This document shows positions 21,082 to 34,794 of a stretch of 64,000 bases of DNA, one piece after another (positions within the stretch are counted from its first letter, which is position 1; each line of letters begins with the position of its first letter). The translations under genes were made by a program, and so were the position numbers. Source of the DNA: Amphiscolops sp. MND2022 (Eukaryota); contig OZ076412.1 in assembly GCA_964187785.1 (NCBI GenBank), forward strand, positions 32,612,001-32,676,000. The letters are read 5' to 3'. A model generated the notes under the pieces. That model worked only from the letters and a program-made list of their open reading frames with translations. It made no database searches and had not been told where the DNA came from.

Positions 21082-24000
21082 ATGTCCGCTTCTCGTGGTC
21101 TTATCGAGACAGGTGCTGTGAGCGGCAATGGGACGCAGTTCCTGTTCTCAGATGGCGATGTGCGCGAGAGTGACGCTGACCTTGTTCATCGGCCTGCACT
21201 TGGTAAGTTTTCTATTCCTAGTTCCATTAAGCTTTTGTGAAATATACTTTCAACAGATAGGCCTTTTCTGTAGCAGTATTTTCACAGCGTAGATTTTCTT
21301 GACGCGTCGATATTAGGAATGTTTTTCAGTGCCTGGTCTGGAGTCTTTGTTTCTTCGGGTCGGAACTTCTGCTACCGTTGTCACAGCTTCCTTACCTGAT
21401 GATCATTCTGGCATCGCCATTGAGTCGCTTGAAGTTTCTGCCACTACTGTTGACGCTGTTCCTCCTGTCCTTGAGGTGCCTGCTTCTCGCAAATCCCCCA
21501 TCTGTAGAAGACAGATAACATGCCGAAAAAGAAGATGTCCCCCCCTCTGTCGAAGACAAAAGGCATGCATAGAAAGAAGATGTTCCATCGGCTAGAATGG
21601 TAGTAGGTGGTGATTATCTGACTGGTTGCCCAAAGCCTGTTGCTGGGAGGCCTGGCCCTCCAGTTTGTGTACCAGGTAATGTTTTTTTCTGTTTTGCTTT
21701 GATTGGGTTTTTCTATCATATACTGTTTGATCATGTTTGTATAGTATTGTCTTGCAGGGTATGTTGCTTATTTGTAGGGGAGACCTCTGGCTTTGGTGTG
21801 GAAACTATGGGGGCATCATCGAGTAAGCGTCGCCGTTCTGTGCGCTTGTCGTCCTTGAGTCGTCAATATTATGTCAATGTCTCCAGTAGTAGTTACGACC
21901 GAGATGAAATAATTGACGCTTGCATGCAGGTTTCGAGTCTTACCGAGTTGGTCGCCACCGAGCTGGGAACCCGCACATTGGAGCCTTTCGTTTCAGTGAG
22001 TATTAGTGTGTTACTTGTTTTTTTGTGTGTTTTCGTTTGTTTTGGTGGAGGGTGTCTTGTGGTTGTCACAATCCGTTGAGGTGGTTTTGTTGTTATAGGG
22101 CTTGAAGCTTTGGTTTCTCGGGTAGAGCACAGTGTGGAGAGTGTGACGCCTTCCCAGCAACAAAAGAAATGGACTTAAAGTTCGCGGAATCGACTCGGCC
22201 GTGAGATGGTCCGGGACCACCCTGTTCTGGAGTTGTTTGTGAGTGGGTCGAGCACTGGCTCAGATAAGACTTTTTTCTGCATCATTTGTCACTGAGACGT
22301 GTCAATGGAGACCCGGGGGGCAGGCGAGTTGAGTCGTCATTTCTCTGAATACCGTCATTGGCAGGCTGACGTGACTAATCGAGTTCACCAAGGATTTCCA
22401 GTTTTTAATAAACTGATGGATCCTATCGAACTGTCGGAGTCTCGGAGGAGTTATTTCCTCTCTTGTCCTTTCAAGGATAAGTCGGAAGGATTCAGCTTCC
22501 CTGAGGACCTCCTCCCGCCCAGTAAACTGTGTCCCTACTAACAATGGTGAATCGTCTCGTCGAGTTGTTGCGTGCTGGTGGAACGTACATCCTCCTACAC
22601 CGATTGTGGGATTGTTTTCAGGCAACACTTGGGCCAGACAATCAGCTATATGCGCTGAACTGGAGTAAAGATGAGTCGTTGGTAACTGTGTTTGCTTCTG
22701 TCCAAGGCGTGACTCTGATGTTTTTCTTCCCTAGGTTTTGGTGAGAGGGATACTATGGTCTGTTTTGTCACCGATTGTAATTGGTTGTTGTTTGCAGGCG
22801 TTAGTATGTCGCGCACTGTGGCCGCGAGTGTTGAGGATGTTACTGTCACGAGTGTCATCTTCAAAGAATATTCAGTGATATTCGAGGAAAGTGGTGAGAA
22901 GCAGTCGTGTTTTGTCAGAACTTGGGAAGACAATTCTTTGTTGGACATCTGTGCGAATGTTGAAGTGCTTGGTCAACGCGTGCCTGCTTCCGAGTCGTCT
23001 CGAGCGGTGTGTAGTGTAGAGTCTAGTCGCATGTCCTTGAGTATTCGTAGTGGTCCTCAGGCTTTCCTGTGAGTATTAAGCGATGCTCGTACTGATGGAC
23101 GCTTGTTTAATTACTGTCGAGAGTTCACAAGTGATGTGTGTATGCAGTGCTCCCGTCAGACCGACCAGGAGGTTTTCGGCATACTGGAGGTGACAGCGAT
23201 GATTGACTTTTTATTGCTGAGATTGAAAACTGCCTTGCCTGAACCGTAGATGGAGGATTTGCCAACATTGCGTCGCTGTGTTGTCGCTGGCCGTGTCATG
23301 TTCTTTGATCTCCGTGCTGTCATCCGGTAGTTGCTTTCTGTGTGGGAAAGTGTTCGCGAATTCGTTCGTTATACTGGACCCCGGCATGTCAAGTCGACTT
23401 CTGATACGGTAATTATTACTTGTGTTGTCTGTATTCTCGTTTCTATTTCGTCTTTCATCTTGGATGATTGGGAAATGTGGATGATTGGTCCGCAGGCTGA
23501 ACCTTGCGGTTTTGTTTCAGATGCGAGAAGAGACAGTTTGATCTATTCGGATGAAAGAAGCGACTTTCGTTTGCAATTATTGCTCCACGTGTTGGATCGT
23601 TGTTAATATTGGTGTTTCTTGTTGTGTGTGATATAGGGAGAAGAAAAAGAAAGAAAAAACAGGTGAAGCTAAAAGAGGAGGGTGATATGGTTTTTAGTTT
23701 GTGTTTATAATTTGTTTGTTCTGTTGCAGATTGGTGTAATTTCCCAAACCAATTGTCTGGACGAGATGACTACAGTTTTTACAGTTATTCGGAGCTGTGT
23801 CATTTTATCCACTGTGTATTGTCACGAATTTGGAAATTGTCGTCGCTTCCTGGGATTCAGGCATGAGACGGTTATTTGGATCGCGATAAACTGGCTGAGA
23901 TAGAGAAAAATGACCAGAGGGTTTCTTGTTGACAGGCGAAATCGGTGACGAATTGCAACAAGGGGCCACCGTGAAGTTTGTTGACGTCGTTTCATCGTTG

Positions 24001-24310
24001 TATTTGATTTCGTCCAACGTTATGCAAGGGCTGATTTCCTTTTGTCCAGATACTTTACTGGAGGGGGACGGTAAACGTGGTCTGTTCAAGTGGTTCAAGT
24101 GATCTTCAAGTGGTTTAGTAAGTTGCTTTCTGTTCTGAAGGAGAGTGGATGTTTGAGTGAGGATGAGTCTGTGGCCAGTTGTGAAGAACTTACGACTTAT
24201 GCTGTTGATGCGCGTGCACGACCTCGATTAGTTAGAAGAACGCTGAAGATATTCCTGACATCGTGGGTTATCTATTAGCTGATTAGTTTCTTGTCACGGG
24301 GGCATTTGTT
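21082..24310 (+). pseudogene. Gene E, copy 2 (internal and 3' deletions)
   Basis: Same exons and splice sites (e.g. CTTG|GTAAGT, TTTTTCAG|TGCC). Deletions at ~23975 and ~24310; most of the promoter is missing upstream. Confidence 0.7.
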
Positions 24311-27300
24311 AACGGGAAAATTAAAATCTGGTAAGACAAAAAGCTCCCCAGAAGAGTATTCAAAATAGTCTGGTGTCAAAGAAAAAGCAAGTGAAAAGGC
24401 CGTATTATGCCAGTAATTGGACTCTGAATCATGTCTTTTCCTTTTAGTGAGTCGTAGTCATAGCGTCAAATTGTCTGAAGTCAGGATTAGCAAAGGCTTA
24501 GGATTAGTTCGCCATTTGTACTTCGCTGTTTTTCTCGGATTACATCCGACGACTCTAGTCGGTGATTTTCAGGGAATAGGTGGATTTTCAGTGGGTGGGG
24601 GGCGATGTATATATGGACTATCCCCTACGTCTGTATTGAATTTTGAGAAATCTGGTGACGACGCCGTCACGTCATTCGTGTCTTCGGTTTGATTTTCTGT
24701 TACGTTTTGCATCGACTTTTCGTCATTCGTGTTCGTCTTTTTTAGTGTCGCAGCTTGCTGTTTATTGCTTGCAATTTCTGACGTCTCGTGTTTGTCAATT
24801 TGCTTTCCAGAATCCATTTCCCAAGATACTGCATACCATTCGTTGTGCGACACATTGACGTCCGGATCTGGGAGATATTCGTTTGATCGTACAGTGACGT
24901 CAGGTATTCGTTGTTCTGGCACGGTAGGACGTATTCGGATTTTGTGTAGAATTTGTGTATATCTTTTGCCAATTTTCCGTACCGTGTAATTGTTATTTGA
25001 TAATACTTTTTTGACTCTTTACGGTCCCATCCAAATGCAATCTTGAAATGTAAATTTTGTCGATTGGCTGTCAGCTTTCGGATTAAGAATATAGCAACAG
25101 TCAATTATTTTGAGCAGAGCTGCAGACGTTTTGCGGTGTAAAATTTTTTGTATTCGAGATAAGACAGCATGAAATTGTCCTTTGCTGTCGCGCGCACTTC
25201 GTCAATTTGTTTTTGGAGTTGCTCCGCTATATCTGAGTTAGGCCTAGTTTTCCATTTTGTCTTGATGCCCAGTTTTAAGTCAAGAACGTTGTAAGGTTTT
25301 TGTCCATGAAATACCGTAAATGGCGCGCAGCCTAGAGTTTCATGGTATGTCTTGTTGTAGTTCATGACTGCAATTTGGACATATTTGTGGCATCTTGAAC
25401 GATTCTCTCCCGTTAATATTTTTAAAGCTGTTTTGCTAGAAGCGTTTGTTCGTTCCAAGATTCCAAATATTTGGTCATGTTCTGTGGACGCATAAGTACG
25501 CGTGTCTCGTCATGACGTCGACAATGCATCGTCCAGTTGTTTTTGCTGCAACGTTCTGCGTTGGATATGCAAATAGATAGCGCGAGAATACATCGATCAC
25601 GGTTACGATGTTTTGGTATTCTGCGGATTTTGGAAGATTCGGTAATATATCGATCTGTAGGATATCTCCCGGTCCCAAGACGTGTTCTGTTTGTTGATCA
25701 TTTTTGGTCTGATTTGATTCTTACCAATTTTCTTGTATTTAATACAGACTTCGCACTGTGAAACCCATTGTTTGATTCTTTTGGCTAATCCTGGGTAGTA
25801 TTGTTTCGATCAGCATTCTTGGATCAACTTCGTGATTCCTGGGTGTTTTCCCATTTATCCGTGAATTGCTCTTAAAAGTTCTGTTATTAGGTGTTCGGGG
25901 AGTAATATTTTGATGGTGGGTGACTTGTCTGCTTTCCCCATAGTATTTCCTCATTAGTATGCCGTCTTTGACTATTAGTCTATTTTCGTAGATTAATAAG
26001 CGTTTTGCGTTCGGATTCGTTTGTAACAGGTGTTTGTTGTATTCTTCGCAGATGTGTTTTCGTTTTATTGCTTTGAACACCAAGTCCGCGTCTTGCTCGA
26101 CTCTGATGCGTGCATCTTCTCTTATTGCCCCAAAAGGTGTATTATTCCTTGTTTTTTGGAATTGGGGTTGTTTTTTATTAGCCAGTTTTAGTTTTGTCGT
26201 CTCTTCGTCGCGCGCATTTTGTCTCGCTTGCTCTTTTTGTAGCAGAACTTCTTCCTCAAATTCAAGAGTTTGTTCTGGAAGGAAGAAAATTAATTCTTCG
26301 TCTGCGACGTCTGGTGATTGTAAATTGACTTGTATTGGTCGGATTGTGATATCGTTTTCGATTTTTAGTTCAACTTTTTCTTCGAGATTGAGGTCGATCC
26401 TTGATGAAAAATCAGCTGCTGTCTTTTGCGTACTCGCTAGGTGCATGATGGGGAAATTGATTTGTAGCACATAATCACATGCATTCCATAGTGTGGGAGG
26501 GATCGCTTTTGTTTGGAAAAAGCGTGTTACCGACCTAATGTCAGTCATTACAAGTGTCGGTAGATTTGTTTCCCACAAGATTTGGCTGTACTCCAGAAAT
26601 GCGTGATACATCGCTAAGAACTCTTTGCAGTAGATTGGCATTTTTATTTGTGCTGGGTAAAACACTTTCGATCCGAATGCGACTGGGGCAAAAATATTCT
26701 TTTTTGATTTGAGTTTTTTATCCTTGTCTTCTTCTATCATTAGCTCATAGCATGAGGCGCGAAAGCTGGCATCCGTCATTAGGACGGATTGGCGTCCTGT
26801 AGTTGGTTGTTTGAGAGCCAATCCGCATGCTTATGTGTGTTTTTGATTGTGTTGTAAACAGACCAGGCCATTGCGTTGATGAACGCTCCTGAGTCAACAA
26901 GTCCATCCAATGTTTATTCACCGAACTCAAGTGGCAGGTATAACATTCGTCGTCGTTTTTTGAGTACTATGGTTGAGTGTAGGGGTATGTACGTGTCTCC
27001 ATCTTTTTCAGCTATGTATTTTTTGATTGAGTTGAGTGAGACGGGGATCCATTCTGCTTATTCTTTTTGTTGGTCATTTTTGGCGTTATGCCGTTTTTTG
27101 GTGGCGATTGCTTGTCAGTCTTCCGTTGGTGTTCCATTGCATTCTGTTGTGGTGTCATTGTTGTGTTCGGTGGATCCTCTATTAAATACGCCCTCCCAAC
27201 TACTGTTTCCTCGAAGCGCAGGTGCGGCGTAATTAGTTTTTTGATTCATCGACAGTTTAAGCTGTCGTTGGTTGGACGGAGCTTTCCGTCTTTCGTTCTT

Positions 27301-28276
27301 GTTGGTTGTGACGCTTAGGTCGTGGATGTTGGCAGAGTTGGCTCCATTCCAAAAACCTTCCGTTTTGTGAAGTTTGCCGCAAGTGTCGCATTTAAGCGTA
27401 TTGCCTGCATTGCTGTTTGTTTGGCCATTGTTTTTTCGTGTTTGTTGCCACTTGTCTCATTTCATTTTTTGGCATTCGGCTTTGAAATGGCCGAATTCAT
27501 TGCATAAAAGCAATACACCTTTTTGATTTTCTGGGTGGTATTTTCTACTGGTTTTGTTTCAGTTTTAGGTTGGGCCGTTTCTAGCACGTTTAGAGGGACG
27601 AGGGTCACCTCATCTGACGCTCCAAGGCCGTTGAGTCTCCTTTCCTTTTCTAGGCGAAGTACAATATCGTTATACGGCTTGTCCTCAAGATGCGCTTCAT
27701 TGAGTGTTTTCTTGAAGTGGTCGGGCGTTTTTGCATATATTGCCTTGTCTATGAACTTTTGGGCTTCTGCTCCAAAGGTTTCTTTTGCGGTTTTTTTAAG
27801 TACGTCCAACAATTCGTGGAGCTTTTGTGTTGATGGATCGAATTTGAGCGCATCCCTTTCGCATCTTGCTTTTGCCATCGACAGGTAGTCTCCAAAGCGA
27901 CGTTTAAAGACCGTCATTCTTTTGTCCAATGAATCTTTTTTCGTCGAGTCTTCTTTGTTACAAAACGCTTGTAGTGCGTCTCCTCGGAGCAAGGAATGAA
28001 AACAATTTATTTTCTGGTTTTCCGTGAGATGCGAATACATTTTGATATTATTACGGAAAACGACTTCGAAGAGCTCGAAATTTTCAGACTTCTCATCAAA
28101 AGTTGGAGAGTGATGCCGTTAAAGCTTTTGGACTAGACAACGTAGTGTTGTCGTTCTTGTCCGATGCAAAAAGTGTCGTGGCCACTACGGGACGCTCTTT
28201 TGACGCTGGTTGGCTTTGGGACCTTATTTTTGGGGTTTTCAGCTAGTTGATGGAGTCGTTTAAACTCCTGTCATCA
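24310..28276 (-). pseudogene. gag-pol, copy 2: gag, protease, RNase H, integrase; RT entirely deleted
   Basis: FHSLLRGDALQAF (gag), LVDSGAFINA (protease), a 360-aa RH-IN ORF at 25739-26821. Sequence just after the protease is joined directly to the RH region at ~26840. Confidence 0.9.
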
Positions 28277-28623
28277 TGTTACGACTTGTGCTCGGGTCGT
28301 CGTTATGCGTTGAGTTTATCCTAACAGATTGTAGGAGTGTAGAAACTCCTTGTTTCATTTTCTGGTTTTTAATCAACATTTTCTTTTACGTTTTTCCCTA
28401 TTTTTGGTTTCAACAGATTCAACTTTTCTTTCTGAGAGTCTATGAGGGGATTCTTGATTTCGGAAGTTATTTCCTCTTTCAAAGAAGCTCTCAAGCTGTC
28501 ACGAAGTCTATTTTCCACTCTGAGGTAATTCGCACTGGAAGGTCCGCAATGCTTGCGTCTTGCTCTGGATGACAAACGTTTTCCAATATTATTGGTGAAA
28601 TTAAACCTTCACTTATACTTTCG
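28265..28623 (-). repeat. 5'-truncated internal LTR (28277-28623) plus mutated PBS TGATGACAGGAG (28276-28265)
   Basis: Matches 7862-8211. A ~590-bp deletion (equivalent to 8212-8803) removed the TATA, ATG, LTR start and PPT. Confidence 0.8.
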
Positions 28624-28624
28624 A

Positions 28625-29406
28625 TGCTAAGATGGAACAAAGTTAAAAAATAACAACCAATTATGATTTATTCAATTTAGATTAGGTATGCATTTTAATT
28701 AACAAAACACGAAACAACGAAGCAATGACGTCGGCTAATTATCGGACATGACAGAACTTCAAACAGTTAACGCTAACACCAGTTTCAAATAACGCTTTGA
28801 GTACAAATGAGCGTTAGTGATGCACCAAAACCTGTACACTGTCAATAAAAACTGAGTCATAGTCCCCAAGAACTACAAAATTTACGGGATTATTCAATTT
28901 TAACCAGCGACATGATAACATGGTCCACAAAATTGATTTACAAATTCGAGAATATCGTACGTCAACAAGCAGTATAAATATCGCGCAATACTGATTTGCG
29001 AGAGATGAAATTTACTCTTAACTGGTAAGAAGTAATACCTGTTGAAGACACGTTTAATAGCTTAGCTCATTACTCGTCACGACAACAAGACGACATTTCT
29101 AACTTCCTTCATTATAAATGAACCACAAAGTTTAAGACACAACACTAAAAATATAAAAATATCCGCACTTTACAAAATACAAGTTTCTTCTGTGCTAAAA
29201 GATAAACTGTGTCTTCTATCCATTAAATAAGTAGAAGATTCCGTAAAATTTGAGCCTTGATACGTTTTTAATCTGATCTCCAACTTGTCGGTAATTTGTT
29301 TGACGAAAAATTGACCTGAATTTACAAGTTTCTTGCTACTTCGAATACTAAAATAGACATTGCCTAAGCGCTTTTCTTGTATCGAATTCATTAAAACAGT
29401 ATTCAT
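28625..29406 (-). pseudogene. Accessory ORF-B remnant, copy 2
   Basis: MNTVLMNSIQEKRLGNVYF...; downstream coding-like stretches (KRVFNRYYFLPVKSKF...EFVNQFCGPCYH; NNPVNFVVLGDYDSVFID) broken by stops. Confidence 0.3.
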
Positions 29407-29789
29407 TTCAATATTCTGGATGAAAAAAAAACAGCTATTTTGATTGATTTGCGACGTAGCGTTGACAAATTTTCTTAGCTAGCTTGGCAAGCTGCCAAGT
29501 TTGACGAGTTGCTGACGAGTATTTTAGAAAGAAATTCTGACTAGCTGCCAAGTTAGTGACGTCATACCGTCGACAAGTTTGGAATACTTACAACTAGCCG
29601 ACTGCCCAATTGCGTAGTGCTGACGTCACTAGTATAGTTTTCAGGTGGTGAAAATTTCTATTCTGACGTGGCAAAAACGTTTTGCCGGAAATGCGTGAAA
29701 TCTTTTTAGCTCATTTAAATTCCTGTTTTCATTTTCATTGGTGATTTGTGCGAAATAGACGTACTTTTTTTTCAGCCACAGTTTATTTC

Positions 29790-30633
29790 GAAAATGAGTA
29801 TTAATGTTTCAAATCAGAAATTGAAGTACAACCTGGGAAACCATAGACTGCAGCCGTGTCCTCTCCCGATCCCAATGCGTTTGCAGCAGCATCTCAGACC
29901 GGAAGCGGGCTGCGACCGGGCCACTCTTGTCGGGCAAACACCTCTGCCAGGTTCTCGTGGCACGAACGAGGGTTGGGGCAATTCTCCACCCTGGCATCTG
30001 TTGTTCTGCTGGTGTTGCCGTCTTCTCCGAGGTCGTTTAGAGAGCTCGCCGGTTGAAATATTACATTTTTTTATTAGGCCGGAGGGTGAAGAAGTACGAG
30101 TCGGTGTCTTTCTGTTCGACTCGTTCGAGGTATTCTGCCACTTTACTGCTCGTTATGGACTCTTCATGTGTAGTGGGTTCCTCTACAATGAACACGTCTG
30201 AACACACGCTCTCGTCGGGGCTTACAGGGCTGTCCCACAGCTGTTCGTTTCAGCTCACAGCAGGGTCTTGTCGCGGGGCGTACGTCTCAGGTTCGAAGGA
30301 TTCTAGACTTGAATTCAGTCTCAACTTTTTGCAATTCGAATCAAGGGAGTCCGCCGAGATATCGAAATATTCCTCCCCGTCTGCGACTGCTTCTGCCGAG
30401 GAGTGGGATACCTCTAACACTACCCTGTAGTTGGATTTGAATTCTCGAGGAGGGTGTTGATGCTCGCTCTAGTAACCCTTCTTCGTCTTCGCCCGAAGAA
30501 ATGTCGATCAGCTCGAAAACGTTTTTGCAGCTGTTCATCTTTTAAGCTGCTTTTTTTCGTTCTGTTTTGATTGTTCCAGAATGAGGTGAGAAATAATTAG
30601 GATTAAGAAAATTGTCGGGACGAGTCCCTCCAT
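29790..30633 (-). pseudogene. Accessory ORF-C, copy 2
   Basis: Homologous to 9706-10545 (MEGLVPTIFLILIISHLILEQ). Confidence 0.45.
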
Positions 30634-30972
30634 TCTGATTGGTTAATCAATCATTTTAATCTTTATCAAATCCCAGGTACTGACGTTATGCCAACGTCGC
30701 GTTTTTATTGGCTGCAAATTAAATAATTCGCTTAAGTAAACTTGCCAACTATTTGCTGACGTCAAGTTCGTTAGCAATTAGCTAACTTGGACTTTATCAC
30801 CGTTTTGATGACGTCATAATAAATTATAGCATTAATTTTTTAACCCTGATAACCTTTTTTTCGACGTTTTGCCGACGTCAATTTCGTTGGTGAATTACCA
30901 ACTTCACTGATGACGTCACGTTTTGAAATTTTTTCCATTCTGTTTGATTTTCAAATTCTCAGCTGTTTTGTG
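30634..30972. promoter_or_regulatory. CRE-rich divergent promoter, second full copy
   Basis: Three TGACGTCA motifs are retained although a flanking segment is deleted; the palindrome has one mismatch. Confidence 0.55.
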
Positions 30973-33900
30973 ATGTCCGCTTCTCGTGGTCTTATCGAGT
31001 CAGGTGCTGTGAGCAGCAATAGGACGCAGTTCCTGTTCTCAGATGGCGATGTGCTTGAGAGCGACGCTGACCTTGTTCATCGGCCTGCACTTGGTAAGTT
31101 TTCTATTCCTAGTTCCATTAAACTTTTGTGAAATATACTTTCAACAGCTAGGCTTTTTCTGTAGCAGTATTTTCGCAGAGTAGATTTTCTTGACGCGTCG
31201 ATATTAGGAATGTTTTTCAGCGCCGGGTCCGGAGTTTGTTTCTTCTGGTCGGAACTTCTGCTACCGTTGTCACAGCTTCCTTACCTGATGATCTTTTCGG
31301 CATCGCCATTGAGTCGCTTGAAGTTTCTGCCACTACTCTTGACGCTGTTCCTCCTGTCTTTGAGATGCCTGCTTCTCGCGTATCTTCCATCTGTAGAAGA
31401 CAGATAACACACCGAAAAAGAAGATGTCCCCCCTCTGTCGAAGACAAAAGGCATGCATAGAAAGAAGATGTTCCATCGGCTAGGATGGTAGTAAGTGGTG
31501 ATTATCTGACTGGTTCCCCAAAGCCTGTTGCTGGGAGGCCTGGCCCTTCAGTTTTTGTACCAGGTAATGTTTTTGTCTGTTTTGCTTTAATTGGGTTCTT
31601 TCTATCATATACTGTTTGATCATGTTTGTATAGTATTGTCTTGCAGGGTATGTTGTTAATTTGTAGGGGAGACCTCTGGTTTTGGCGTGGAAACTATGGG
31701 GGCATCATCGAGTAAGTGTGGCCGTTCTGTGCGCTTGTCGTCCTTGAGTCGTCAATATTATGTCAATGTCTCCAGTAGTAGTTACGACCGAGATGAAATA
31801 ATTGACGCTCTCATACAGGCTTCGAGGCAACCCGCACATTGGAGCCTTTCGTTTCCAGTGAGTATTAGGGTGTTACTTATTTTTTTGTGTTTTTTGTTTG
31901 TTTTGGTGGAGGGTGGTTTGTGGTTGTCACATTCCGTTGAGGTGGTTTTGTTGTTATAGGGCTTGAAGCTTTAGTTTCTCGGATAGAGAACAGTGTGGAG
32001 AGTGTGACGCCTTCCCAGCAACAAAAGAAATGGTCTTAAAGTTCGCGGAATCGACTCGGCCGTGAGATGTTCCGGGACCACCCTGTTCTGGAGTTGTTTG
32101 TGAGTGGGTCGAGCACTGGCTCAGATAAGACTTTTTTCTGCACCATTTATCACAGAGACGTGTCAATGGAGACCCGGGGGGCAGGCGAGCTGAGTCATCA
32201 TTTCTCTGAAGACCGTCATTGGCAGGCTGACGTGACTTATCGAGTTCACCAAGGATTGCCAGTTTTTAATAAACTGATGGATCCTATCGAACTGTCGGAG
32301 TCTCAGAGGAGTTATTTCCTCTCTTGTCCCTTCAAGGATAAGTCGGAAGGATCCAGCTTCCCTGAGGACCTCCTCCCGCCCAGTACACTGTGTCCCTACT
32401 AACAATCGTGAATCGTCTCGTCGAGCTGTTGCGTCCTGGCGGAACGTACATCCTCCTACGCCGATTGTGGGATTGTTTTCAGGCAACACTTGGCAAGACA
32501 ATCCGCTATATGCGCTGAACTGGAGTAAAGATGAGTCGTTGGTAACTGTGTTTGCTTCTGTCCAAGGCGTGACTCTGATGTTTTTCTTCCCTAGGTTTTG
32601 GTGGGTGTGATACTATGGTCTATTTTGTCACTGATTGTATTTGGTTGTTGTTTGCAGGCGTTAGTATGTCGCGCACTGTGCCTGCGAGTGTTGAGGATGT
32701 TACTGTCACGAGTGTCGTCCTTCAAAGAATATTCAGTGATAATCGAGGAAAGTGGTGAGAAGCAGTCGTGTTTTGTCAGAACTTGGGAAGACAATTCTTT
32801 GTTGGACATCTGTGCGAATGTTGAGGTGCTTGGTCAACGCGTGCCTGCTTCCGAGTCGTCTCGAGCGGTGTGTAGTGTAGAGTCTAGTCATATGTCCTTG
32901 AGTATTCGTGGTGGTCCTCAGGCTTTCATGTGAGTATTAAGGGATGCTCGTACTGATGGACGCTTGCTTAATTACTGTCGAGAGTTCACAAGTGACAGGT
33001 ACCGTCAGACCGACCAGGAGATTTTCGGTGACAGCGATGTTTGACTTTTTATTGCTGAGATTGAAAACTGCCTTGCCTGAACCGTAAATGGAGGATTTGC
33101 CAACATTGCGTCGCTGTGTTGTCGCTGGCTGTGTCATGTTCTTTGATCTCCGTGCTGTCATCCGGTAGTTGCTTTCTGTGTGGGAAAGTGTTCGCGAATT
33201 CGTTCGTTATACTGGACCCCGGCATGTCAAGTCTACTGCTGATACGATAATTATTACTTGTGTTGTCTGTTTTCTCGTTTCTATTTCGTCTTTAATCTTA
33301 GCTGATTGGGAAATGTGGATGATTGGTCCGCGGGCTGAACCTTGCGGTTTTGTTTTAGATGCGAGAAGAGACAGTTTGATCTATTCGGATGAAAGAGGCG
33401 ACTTGCGTTTGAAATTATTGCTCCACGTGTTGGATCGTTGTTATTATTGGTGTTTCTTGTTGTGTATGATATAGGGAGAAAAAAAGAAAGAACAAACAGG
33501 TGGAGCTAAAAGAAGTAGGTGATCTGGGTTTTAGTTTGTGTTTATAATTTGTTTGTTTTGTTGCAGATTGGTGTAATTTCCCAAAGCAATTGTCTGGACG
33601 AGATGACTACAGTTTGCACAGTTATTCGGAGCTGTCATTTTATCTACTGTGTATTGTCACGAACTCGGAATTTGTCGTCGCTTCCTGGGATTCAGGCATG
33701 AGACGATTATATGGATCGCGATAAACTGGCTGAGATAGAGAAAATTGACCTGAGGGTTTATTGTTGACAGGCGAGTTCGGTGACGAATTGCAACATGGGG
33801 CCACTGTGAAGTGCGAGTGTTTAAAAAACGAGTTTGTGAAATTTTGGACCATCTCGTTGACCATGTCGTTTCATCGTTGTATTTGATTTCGTCCAATGTT

Positions 33901-34792
33901 ATGCACGGGCTGTTTTCCTCTTGTTCAGATACTTTACTCGAGGGGGACGATCAACGTGGTTTAGTTCAAGTGGTTCAAGTGGTTCAAGTGATCTTCAAGT
34001 GGTTTAGTAAGTTGCTTTCTGTTCTGAAGAAGAGTGGATGTTTGAGTGAGGATGAGTCTGTGGCCAGTTGTGAAGAACTTACGACTTATGCTGTTGATGC
34101 GCGTGCACCCTCGTTTAGTGAGAAGAACGCTGAAGATATTCCTGACATCGTGGAATATCTATTAGTTGATTACAGTTTCTTGTCACGGGGGCATTTGTTA
34201 CGAGTTTTTAAAATATGTTGCCTTGTGGTTGTCAGCGTCGGAAATTGTATCCAACTGTTTCATTCGAACTGGGTGGATGTGCAGTTACTCCAGCTGTGCT
34301 ATCGTCCTGCATTACGGGGGGTACAGAGTTATGTCGCCCTGTTATAAGCAGAAAAACTTCTTTACGAAGAGCACTATAGAAGCTGTACGTGATGCGATCC
34401 GTGGGTCTCGGGCTTTCTTATCTGATGCGAGTTTCGATGCTTGGGCTGGCTTGTTGAGTGGAGATCGTGATGCCTTCGTCAAGCAGTAAGACGATGAGTT
34501 TACGTTTTTTTGGCTGGGAAGAAAAAAATTCATATCAGTATTTGTATCGCATAGTAGTTGAGTGGTCACTGGTGAGCTGTCTGAATCTTCGTCCTGTGTT
34601 AGTGGTGAGAAACTGTTTGCTGGAGCGGGAGTGGCCTTCAGTAAATCTGCACGCGTTGCTGAGACGTCTAAAGCGTGTCCGTCTCTTTGTAGTAACGATA
34701 GTGACGAGAGTCTTTCGCAATTATTGAAGAAGAAAGGTAAAGGCCGAAAAGGTCAAAATTCAAGATCACGTTCCATTTTGGAGAAGAAATAA
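30973..34792 (+). pseudogene. Gene E, copy 3
   Basis: Same exon structure; FFCTIYHRDVSMETRGAGELSHHFSEDRHW; IPDIVEYLLVDYSFLSRGHLLRVFKICCLVV. Confidence 0.7.
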
Positions 34793-34794
34793 CT

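Noticed and set aside
29170-29406. Vague resemblance of QITDKLEIRLKTYQGSNF to Polinton/adintovirus proteins
   Set aside because: Only a few residues match, and there is no PolB, capsid, ATPase or TIR evidence nearby.
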